DNA of 64,000 nt from Haliotis cracherodii (taxonomy: Eukaryota): assembly GCF_022045235.1 (NCBI RefSeq), contig NW_027266275.1, positions 51,832,001 to 51,896,000 of the forward strand, given 5' to 3'. Position numbers and translations under genes: made by a program. The notes below the pieces were generated by a model, which saw only the letters and a list, made by a program, of their open reading frames with translations, did not search any database and was not told the origin of the DNA. Shown here one piece after another: positions 22,088 through 32,851 of this stretch. Positions within the stretch are counted from its first letter, which is position 1. Each line of letters starts with the position of its first letter.

Positions 22088-24564
22088 CTTTCCACATAAC
22101 CGCTCTTTGCGCATTTTGGCGTATTTTTAGGCACATACATTTTGGCCCAACTTTCACTTTCGTTTCGGCAAACCTCTTGGCTTATTGGAATCGCACAAGA
22201 CTATACGTTCTATACAATTTTGGCCCGTTTTTGGATCTCTCTTGAGGCATATTACTTTCGGCTTTCTGTTATCTGAATAAATGTTTCTGTAATGTATACA
22301 CAAGTTGTCTGTTTTGTCTACAGTGTTTCATCCTTACAGCTAATAATATCTGGGCGACAGCAGCATCGCAATATAGGCATCTGGCCAAATCCCAAGGTTC
22401 CCGAACATGAGACATAAATTCACATGGATATTGTTGATCAGTGAAAGTTGCCCCTATATTGCTGTTCTGCTGTGTCCCAATGTCATGATCTGTACTGAGC
22501 AGAAGATTTCTGAATAGGTGGGGCTACCTTAAGATTTGACACTTCTAAATTTTTATGTGGCGACAATTGTGACACGGGATATTTTCCGAGGATAGCTCTC
22601 TTGGACACTTTGTTATTGAAGAATTTTAATATTCCAATAAACTAGCTAATCGTTTCTAATGAAACAATGATTGTGGCTTCCTATTGATGGAGTTCGAATC
22701 GAGAATTGCCTTTCTTCTCTAAAACACAAGTGTCGCCACATAGGATATATTACGAGCACTTCACTATCTAATACCGGTAGTCGGACAAGGGATTGAGAGT
22801 GATCTCCCTTCGCCCCAGACAATATTGGATTCCACTCGTCTCTTCATTGTGGCCTTCCAGAAATCGACTTCACTGCTGTTCCTTTGGCCCGTGATCTTCA
22901 GAAAAAGCAGAGGGCATGCTTTTATACATAGGCTGTGGTCAGGTGCAAGTAAAAAGCCTATGTTGACACCTACTTGTATGCAAGAGTAGATTAATACAAA
23001 TATGACGTAATATTCGTATCTGGCATTCTACAAAAATACATAAACGATAGAAGGGGTCTGAATTTGTCCCCTGTACGTCCACATCAGCGTTTTCAAAATG
23101 GTACGGACAATTGGATTTCTCTGACTGTGAGTGTGTGGGTGGGAAGGATTTTATCAGAAAAAAATAAATTGTCTCAGAAATTGATTGAAAAATAATTATG
23201 CTTCAGACTGTTGAACAAAAAGAACATGTCGGCCACCAAAAATAAATTGTTGCAAGGTGTGTTTTTTTTAAACAAAAGTTTTATTTAGGCTCATAGTTTA
23301 TACCTGGTTTTGCATCCGTAGCTGAAAAAATATCTAGTTTCCCTCACATTCTTACTAGCCCACTAGCCCGTGTCAGTTTGTCGAATGTAAATGGTATTGT
23401 GGAGGCTGGTATAACAGAGGTTTCTTATATGGTATCGCTATTCGGCCCAGCCAACGTTTAAGTTTGAAAAGGGGCACTGATCTGAAGCAATTCCCTGGGA
23501 CTGGTTGTTGCCTTTGTTATTGTTTTTTACCCTTGAGTACCCGGATGATATAGCAGAAGTCTAGAAAAGTTCGCGACCTTTGCTTTGCAATTCGTAAGCG
23601 CATTTGTCACTTTTATTGATAGTTTTAGGGCGCATGGTAATATTGATCAACAAAATGAAAAATAGTTTTGGAAATGATAAGGAAATGTTGGCATCTTTGT
23701 GGGTAGTTTCGGTAATGGTGACGAAGTTTTGATAAGCTACATGCTAGGTAATTTTGCGATTTTCTTTTACACTCTTTTGACTTGCAACACAAAGTAAATA
23801 TTTCCCCTGAGCATTGCTTGTTGTATTGTGTTTATATTTTACAGCCAAAATGTGCAAAATTTTCACTTAGGAAATTTATTAAATACTAAAAAATTCAGTT
23901 ATTTTACAAACTGACGGAATAATGTCCATCTGTATTATTATGGTGACGAATTCCAAACATTTTTTAATGTTTAATATCATCACCAAGTGATTGAAAATGT
24001 TAGGATTAAAAGTACATTTGTATCTTGTATAGCTTCTAATCCAAGCATAATTATTCTATTGTGATATTTTTAATAATTTTGGTCAATCTGGTAAATAAAT
24101 TGACAGATTTTCAGTCAATTTGTAAAATGACTGAAATATTTTGACATTTGATAAATTGCCTGAGTGAATCACGTTTTACACATTGACTTAACATATACAC
24201 GCTTACAAAGGAAAAGACTTGTGAAAACAATGTCTATCACGCATCGAAGAACTTCCCAACAAAGACGTAGGGGAATAAGAATGATTTTGTTTAATGCTAG
24301 TGTCAACGCGCATGTTGACGAGGAATTAGCTCTTGGGGGAATAAAAGACAAAATCGGCATCACTGTCCCGGAACGCTTTATGCACAACATGTAAACAATA
24401 AACAACAATTGCACAATGAGCGGAATACCTGTTCTGACAACACAAACATGAGCGGACCTTCCAGCTCGGGGATACATGAGGTGAGCGGAGCTCCAGCTCA
24501 ACATCAAGACGTTTCCTACGAGCGGCACATCCTGCTCAAGGTCGTCCCTACACCAGCACTCTGA

Positions 24565-25109
24565 CATCTTCCCGAGGCAAGAGAGTTAACTGACTTTAAA
24601 AGTCCAGTTTCCACCCTTGCCGAACTTGGCTGGAATTCCTGGGCTCGATCGTAGCGCCACCAGTGGCTATTACGAGTTATGTCCTTACTATGCCTCTCCT
24701 ATTGACCAATAAGATTCTACGTCTCGTATCACTTGCATTTGCTTCAAACAAAACGGTGGCGCCCAGTCAAGACGAGCTGATTGATAATCAAGATCTACAT
24801 TGTGATAAAACGAGTCTTACATCGCGAAGTGTATCAAATTACGTGAGAACGTTGATTAAAAGCATGAAAAGATTTAGAAAATATCTGTTGACAACGAGTT
24901 AGCGGTGCACATGTTTTGCAAATACTGCAGTCGACCGAAATCTGCGTGACACTTTACGAACTGGATTTCGATTTCGGTGCGCGATTTTGATTGGACTATG
25001 CATAGACTCGTTAGTCCAGCCAAAATGTAACTCCATAATACCAGCCTAGTTCGGCAAGGGTGGAAACTGGACTTTTATAGTCAGTTAACTAACTTGCCTC
25101 GGGAAGATG
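24565..25109. mobile_element. Non-autonomous Mutator-like (MULE) MITE
   Basis: ~65 bp TIRs (catcttcccgaggcaag..aaaagtccagtttccacccttgccgaact) and a 9-bp TSD gcactctga/gcactcgga. Confidence 0.85.
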
Positions 25110-27664
25110 GCACTCGGAATACCAAGCTTGACTAACACCGTCGTAACAGTGTAATGGTAGCACATATATAGTAATGAACAACAATGGACAGACAATGATG
25201 TTGCTCTGGACATGGGACTTCTGGGGGTGATGAACCGACACAGCTGAACAATTAAGGCAATAAATGTCATACTATAAATAACAGTAATTTACGGGAAGTG
25301 ATATAGTAGCCCAGGTTGTCTGTCAGTCAATATACAATGAAATGTTGGTGAGGATTAACAACGGGGATTAGCGCCTAAAACGTAGTGACAATTAACCTAT
25401 GGAGACATGGCTACAAGGTAATTAGCCTTTGGAGTCAAATGTACTTCAGACAATGGTAGTCGTAAATCAGTCGCTATGACACTACAGCAAATGAATGAGA
25501 ACAAAATGCAAATATCATAATTACAACCTACCAAAGTTATACATATAATTTTAGGCAGCTTCCTTGTTCGAGGAATGTATCCGTGAATGTCCACATAAAG
25601 GAACAATATCCCACACGTCTCCAGCTGTACAAAGAAACTTATTCGATGTCGCGTGTCTCCGTAACAATCAAATATTCTAAAATATCATTTCGGGATGTCA
25701 TAACCCGTATTTGTTTCTCAACTGAGCACTTGGTTTGTTTCAGTTGTTTCACATAGGTGTCAAGTCTCAAAGGTCAGTTGAGAAAGCCCACGTGACAACT
25801 ATTTTCACAATGTCCACGGTTCTTAAAAAAAAATCTATAACAATGAGCAATCAATCAACGTATTATCGTTTAACCCTTTGAACAAAGTATGTTGTTTTTA
25901 CATCGGCACTTCACGCCATGATACTTACTTTTGACATATCCACTGTGTAAGATAAGATTGATTACCCAATCAACGTATTTTCGGTTGATCCTTTGATGGC
26001 TAGGAATAATCCATTGATTTACAAAAAAGCAAATCAACTGATCATTCATCTCTCGCTGGGCTGCCACGTGTAAAATGCATAACACACATTTCACCTCACT
26101 TCAAACCTGGACTTAGATTAAATAATTACCCCAGACCCAAGAAATGCCGAATGGGAACCTTTATCAGGTAATCTGAGTGGTGCTACCATTATACTTGTAA
26201 TAAATTCATTAACTGAGCAACAAGTGAATGACGACAAATACACATCAACAGGTTGTTGAAATAGTTTTAAAAATGCTAAACGAATATATTTAAACAATCT
26301 TTTTCATCAATATTCTGTTATTTATTTTACATGTGTAAGTGTTATTAGTTAGTTAGCAATTACCTCCAGTAAATAAAAAAAAAAAGATCTCTCCACCTTG
26401 AACTTGGATGTTGCAGAACTTGACCTCCATCACGGTTATCACACATCACAACAGTCGTTATGGCTGCCAATGTTTACATTCTCCGTGACTCAGCAGACAA
26501 GTTACAGGAAGCAAGATTACAACCCCTATCTATGATGTGGTTCAACATTAACCTGTAGATTTACTAGGACTGAGACTGCTGGTATAGTTTGTCATACAGA
26601 CCCTGAAACAAATATATCCAATACAGCCCATGTAAGTCTATAATGTTTGGCAAGTCTAGACTAGTGCAGTATATGAAAATGAAGAAAGTCTCTGGGCTCC
26701 TTTTTATATTATTTGATAGTTATAATTTAACAACCGTTTTTCTGTAAATTACTGTTTATTTCAGAGACTACTGCTAGTACAATGTGATTACCAATTTCGC
26801 GAGAGCCGTCGACTCGGTGTGTATTACAGACCCAACGTGTTATAGAGGAAATATGGATACGTTTTACATTTCATATGGGGGTGACCGATCGGCAGCAATT
26901 TTTTATGAATCGATATGTATTCATATGCACTTTATGTGTTAAAAGGCTTAATATATTTGAAAGGGGTTTCCCTGGCAAAAAGGAAACCTCTTTTTAATCA
27001 ATCAGAATCAAGCTTTCTTCAATGTCATGTTAGAATACGTTACGAAATGCAGTCAGGTGGTCACACAGCGACAAAATGAAACAAGGTAACAATTCGAAAT
27101 ACTTCGGCCAAATCAAACTGTTTAAATTTGTGGAAAAGGTTCCAAGCCGCATAGGTCTACAAGCACAGATATGGAAACAGATTCCGCTTGGCTAGTGTCC
27201 TGGAAAAATTGTTTCGCAATTCATATATCCAAAGCCAAAACTTGTAAGTTGCCTTGTCACAGTTAGACACTGATTTTCAGTATTTAGACTATTCTTTGAT
27301 AATGAGAGTGATTATCCCAGTAGTTTCTCCAGATTTCCGATGGTTAATTCTGACTCGATCGCTGAAAGACAATGGCGACGCCATGTTTGTTTACAAACAC
27401 TGAAAGTAGTCCCTACTTGACATTTGATATTTGCATCTCTATCCTCATATGACCCCCAACAGATATCGTTTATATCGGTTTGATATCCTGATCTCAAGTG
27501 TTTTTATCTGTTACCCTATTTATGTCTTTATTCTCCCCAGGAATATACTGTTATACCTGGGCATACCGGGCTGCTGGTGTCTTCCTTTCCTACACTCAGA
27601 CGTTTGTCGCTGGTACTTTGAGAGATCTGCAGATTACGGATGTCCGAGTGGTCTCCGAATGAGT

Positions 27665-27932
27665 GAGTGAGTGAGTTGGGTTGAACACCGCTTTTAACAG
27701 TATTCCAGTTATATCACGGCGTGTCAGCTTCATGTGGGAGGAAAGCCCGAAGTGATGCAGATCTCAGACATTTACCACTTCGAGCACGGGTATGGTGCTG
27801 ACAAACCTAGAAACATAATCGGGGCGAACCGGGATTCGAACCCACAATCATAGGTTTCTGGCGTGCGCAAGGGACGCAACTCTGCACAGCGTATCGCAGC
27901 GCCTTAGACGACTGGGCCACCCGTGCCCCCCA
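27665..27932 (-). mobile_element. tRNA(Leu-like)-derived SINE with TSD
   Basis: On the - strand: A box gtggcccagtcgtctaaggcgctg, B box gtgggttcgaatccc and an (ACTC)n tail. Perfect 14-bp TSD gtctccgaatgagt at 27651-27664 and 27933-27946. Confidence 0.8.
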
Positions 27933-28420
27933 GTCTCCGAATGAGTTGTGTCCCTGAGTCGTGATAGGATCCGCTGGCAGAAGGTATTATACCTCTTCTC
28001 CAGAAATATTCAATTTTAACTTCCCATCCCATTACAAGATAAATGAAACCATATAAGGTATATTTTGTCCTAACTAATATGTAGACTTCGAAAGTCAACT
28101 CATGCAGTGAAAGAAAATAACTCCATAAAATATGGCCATCCTTATCAATACAGAATAATTCGTGAGCAAAGCCATTATCTTTGACAGAGACATGACTATG
28201 AGAGACAGTATACCTGTAACCCTTATTCATTAATAATGATTTCAAATCTTTCATTTCAAGTGGCCATAAAAGTTGTTGACTGTGATGGGAAATGACCATT
28301 AAGCATCATATACCCTTACTTGGAAACTGACGAGCAACGAAGCGTTACCAATCAACATGGCTTGTTCCTTAAAACAGAACAGGAAGATATGGTCAAAAGA
28401 CACGAATTAACAACACCATT

Positions 28421-28760
28421 TCAAGTTACGCCATGAGAATCAAGTTGACCTAAAATGTACCCTATTGCAGTTTGAGATGCATCAGTTGTGAGGATGAAGG
28501 GTTTTTTTGGTCGGGATATGCCAGGATGGGGGCTGTTAGAAGGGCTTGCTTTAGCTTTTTGAATGCCTGTTGGCATTGTGTTTTTTCCCAGAAGGTTGTA
28601 TAGAGGGAACACGATGCCAGGTAGGTTTGCCACAAATTTGTGATAATACAAGACCAAATCTAAGAATTGACACACGTGTCTGAGTGACTAAATCTATTTT
28701 TGAAGGATCGACACAGATGTCATCTTTGCTGAAGATATGCATTAAGTATTTAGGGCAAGA
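28421..28760 (-). mobile_element. Ty3/Gypsy pol remnant (RT C-terminus to RNase H)
   Basis: Frameshifted peptides HIFSKDDICVDPSKID, QFLDLVLYYHKFV and KPFILTTDASQTAIGYILGQ. Confidence 0.88.
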
Positions 28761-29089
28761 CCCTTAATCCCCAGTGTTATCTTTTATAGTCAATTAATAC
28801 CTAATTACGTCGCTGGATCTTACGTATGGTCTTTTATTATATAATCATTCTTTATTATACTGCTATTTTCATTCCGTTTAAAAATTTCCATCTGTCAAGG
28901 TGTTATGTTCCAGTAAACAGTGAGAAATTTTTAACATTCTTTCCATAGGTTGAATTTGAAATGGGCAGTAAAAAAATCGCAGCTCTCTTTTCAGAAGAAA
29001 AGAAATTCCTGCTCCAAAATGTGAAGAAAAAGAACATGACTCAACCTCAAAACAGTCGTTGAGTTTGAAGAAGTTTGAAAGAATAAGAC

Positions 29090-29790
29090 AGATTCATAGG
29101 CATGCTTGAAACTGGAGCGACAGAACGTAACGTTGCAAACGTCTTCGGTGTCAAAGTGTGCAGCAGGGCATGGACTCGGTACCAGACGTTTGGATCAGCT
29201 ACGCAGTGAAAACAAGCTGGTCGACAGTGTCCCAGCATACAGCGGGAAGACAGCGATGATCACTTCAATTGAATAGACGTGGACTGGGCTCATGTACTTT
29301 TTCGCTGATGAATCGAGATACCGTCTAGACTTCACCGATTATGGTTCCCAACTGTGGCGTTGACAAGGAGAAAGATTTCAGGATTCCAACATAGCCACAC
29401 ATGACCAGTTTGGAGGGGACTCAATCATGGTTTGGGGTGGGATCAGTAGAGCTGGAAGAACCGATCTCCATGTCCTACAGCGGGACACGACAGGTGTGCG
29501 CAACAGGCACGACATTCTGGATGTGAACGTGAGAGGCCGTATGCGGGTACAATCGGACCGGACTTCATCTTCATTGACGATAACGCACGACCCAAACATG
29601 CCAGGGTCGTTGCTGCCAACATAAAGCAGGAGACCATGTTTGTCTGCATGGGAGTGGCCAGCCCGGTGACCAAACCCCACCTTAACGAACACGCGTGGAA
29701 CGATCTGCAGATCTCCCTCTCACACCGTCCTTCTCGGCAATGCTCGCACAGAAGCGTGGAACAGTCTACCTCAGACAACCTTCCGCTTCT
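29090..29790 (+). mobile_element. Degenerate Tc1-family transposase
   Basis: Fragments IGMLETG..VANVFGV, VLFADESRY, GGDSIMVWGGIS, FIFIDDNARP and EWPA..EHAWNDL, spread across frameshifts. Confidence 0.88.
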
Positions 29791-30325
29791 GGTTTGGTCA
29801 GATACTCATTTTGACTGGTGATCCGACTGATTATTTGTTCACCTGTTGCTTGTTGGCACTGAACGGTTCACAACAGACTTTTGTTCTCAAAACATGTCTT
29901 TACGCAATAATGTCTTTGGCCATTCAACAGATGCACACAATTTGACTCTTGAGTAGTATATTTCACAACAACCGTCTTCAGAAACCTGTACGTATGGATC
30001 ATCAGATAGTGTATCTTTTACAAATCACGATTCAAATGTGCAAATATCAATTATGAACTTTATCGCGGAATTGAAATATTTCATACAGCAAAAAATGTTA
30101 GATTTCTTGAAAGTGTTACGACATTATTTAATATCCTTTTATGTGAAAAATTTATGAAAAACCACAAGTCCCTGACCACCTGGACATATATGGTTTTCTG
30201 GAACAGCTTATTAAGGTTCTTATTCATGGTAATAAATATGCGGAAAATGCTGTTTTCTATTGGCTGTTGTTGACTTCATGCAAGTCATTTCATTGGTCAG
30301 TCACGTCTGTTGGTGACCTGAAATG

Positions 30326-30545
30326 TGTGTTTGTTGTTTAACACCGCACTAAGCGATATTCCAGCCATATGACGGCGGTCTGTCAATAGTAGAGTCCGAA
30401 CCAGACAATCCAGTGATTGACGTCATGAGCATCGACCCACGCAATTGGGATACGATGACATGCATCAGCCCCCTGATCCCGTTAGTCGCCTCTTACAACA
30501 TGCATGGGTTGCTAGACCTATTCTACCCCGGATCTTCACGGGTCA
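30326..30545 (+). mobile_element. SINE-like repeat, family A
   Basis: Reverse complement of the 1045-1250 family. Confidence 0.8.
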
Positions 30546-30944
30546 CCTGAAATGGGATATCAAATTTGTGTAGGAGTAGCCATAACCAAGACCGGATTTT
30601 AATAGGACTGATACTGTGGACAGTGTTCTCTTTCAATTTTCAGTATAATCTGCGACGTTCATATTCCCAGATATAAACTTGTCCAATCATAAGTATTTAC
30701 AGGGAATTGCTTAATGAGTTCATAAATGCACAGAGCTGGCTTACATCAAAAACTTGATACCATACTTTTGTGTAACTGGGGCCTGCTCAATATTTAGGCT
30801 TAGTGGAAGAAGTCTTCTGTATGATGTGACAAAATATATTTAATATCTCAAAACACTTTTTTTGTGTAGTAGCAAATGAGTATGTGGTTTGACACCTTAT
30901 AGTCAGCAATATGTCAAAACGTCTGTTTGGGAATGTCTGCATCA

Positions 30945-31100
30945 TGAGTGATTTGGGCTCAACACAGCTTTCAGCATTATTCCATCTGTATCATGGCTGG
31001 GGACACCAAGAACAGGTTTCACCCATTCTACTAATGTAGCAGTTCATACTTAAGTCTCAAGTGTGATGAGTGAATACTTTAACCATCAGGCTACCCCACA
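30945..31100 (-). mobile_element. Degenerate tRNA-SINE (same family as 35536-35701)
   Basis: ggggacacca..ttcacccatt..ctttaaccatcaggctacccca aligns to the 35536 copy. Confidence 0.55.
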
Positions 31101-31151
31101 GCCGTCTGCTGTAAAGTGAGTGTATATGTACATTGTTTTACGCTGCAATTT

Positions 31152-31489
31152 ATAACAAGTATTTGTCACAAAGTGACGAAATGTCCCCCGCCTGTATATA
31201 TACCATAGTTCCAAATATGAAGACAATCCAGCCATGAGTTCTGGAGTTCTTGAGATATTGCGGCAACACTGTTTTCCAACTCCAAAAGCAGATTGGCCTG
31301 CTGTGACCTTGAAAATGCAGTCAAGGTCACCAAAACCGACTGGTGTCTGCGGAGTCTGTATATACACCATAGTTCCAAATATAAAGACAATCAAGCGTTT
31401 AGTTCTTGAGATATCGCGGCAACAAACAGGTGGGACGTACAGACGGTCGTGAATACTGTATCCCCCGCTCCGCGCGGTGGGGGACAATG
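31152..31489 (+). mobile_element. Helentron/HINE-like non-autonomous element
   Basis: Starts aacaagt..tgtcccccgcc, carries two internal tandem subunits (ccatagttccaaatat.aagacaatc..gttcttgagatat.gcggcaac), and ends in the hairpin tcccccgctccgcgcggtggggga-caat. Confidence 0.6.
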
Positions 31490-32851
31490 ACAGGCAAACT
31501 AAGAGCCAAGTTGTATGAAACAATGATATGCAAATGATAAGAAACATATTGTAACCATCCAATCCTACTGAAGACTCTTAAAAGAAGCCTGCAGTACCGG
31601 GGTCGCAAGTGAGCCACTTGAACAGACTTCAGTCATGTCAGCTTGTGTGAAGAAAGCACAGAGTGACACATCATGGAAGTTGTGAAGCACTCTGGGGAAC
31701 CCACATGATCATAATCAACTGGAATCCGCGGACAGTGGTTCTTTGCTGAGAAATTAAACTGAACTGCAAATTGTGGCACCCAGGACCACCAATGCCACAC
31801 AAGTGTTTTGATCTTGATACAGATGCCAATTTGAGTAATTCACCATGAAACATGCTTATCACCTTAGTGTTGTTCTACAAATGATTTATATCGATCATGA
31901 AAGCAAATAATAACTTGTGATTGGACCAGGGCACAGCACAATTCAAAGTCCATCTTCTTATGAATGACATTTCCCATGATCAAGTGCAGTGGAGATTTTT
32001 AGTTTGTACCATCAGTTCAAGTTGCCAAATGTGTTGCAAAAAAACAACATGAAAATACGATGAGAGAATTTAATGGATGTCAATTGGAAATATGCTGTTC
32101 AAACAACATTCTAACAAGATCATAAAATATATCACCTAAAATGTAGAGACATGATAACAAGTATACAACAATTAATAAAATATGATTTTCCTTCACAATG
32201 GACAAAAATAATGGAAATCTGTTTATTGATACAGCTGGTGATGAATAATGGGTATATACAAATATGTTGACATAGATGGACATGTAATTCACATTTGTAC
32301 AAAAGCTGAAAAATATCTGATACAAAAAGACTAGACAATTGCTGCTTAATTACACTGAAAAACAAAATACTTTGTCCCACAGAATCATAGTGCCTGACAA
32401 TAGTGTTTGTGAATATGTTTCTACAACACTGCAACACAAATCAGGACTGAGGAAATACAATGATTATACACACATTGTTATTTCCAATTTACAAAATCCT
32501 GTGGTGATTACAAAATGCATGTGTATTAAATAGTGGTAGTGTGAGTTTTCAATGATACATGAATCAAGTCCAACCTTGTATAGCTGTTATAAACACATCG
32601 CTTGAAATATCCTATAATGCAGAATATCATACATAAGCACATTCATCACACATCATGAACAAACAGCAACATATGTTTTGGTTGTCTGTTCAACTTATTT
32701 TTCTTGTAATTCATATCCATTCTTTTCACAATATCACCAAATGAGGAAACTGATAAAATTCACATACTTGTCAGAAAATGCTATTTATCATACATGAACA
32801 CATCTGTGTGCAAACATCCTGACCAAACTACCCATTAAGACAACATTCCAT

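Larger units (their letters stand above)
1844..23462 (+). repeat. Tandem array of seven ~3.05 kb gene-containing units plus a ~260 bp terminal redundancy
   Basis: Near-identical sequence recurs with ATG-to-ATG periods of 3087, 3061, 3070, 3045, 3036 and 3030 bp, and the ORF track repeats the same peptides seven times. The array begins at taattat..cagactgttgaac (~1844) and ends after ccaacgtttaag (23462). Length differences come mainly from (GT)n/(GA)n tracts. Confidence 0.97.

Noticed and set aside
1844-23462. Array as rDNA, 5S, histone, snRNA or tRNA cluster, or as CRISPR
   Set aside because: I recognise no rRNA, snRNA, tRNA or histone sequence in the unit, there is no short repeat-spacer structure, and the context is eukaryotic.
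1844-23462. Array as a pure assembly artefact
   Set aside because: Units differ by patterned shared SNPs, indels and microsatellite lengths, which fits real duplication history. The exact copy number still needs long-read confirmation.
24231-25148. Solo LTR (TGT..ACA with ATTAAA on the - strand) interrupted by the MULE MITE
   Set aside because: The ends are suggestive, but I found no 4-6 bp TSD, PBS or second copy.
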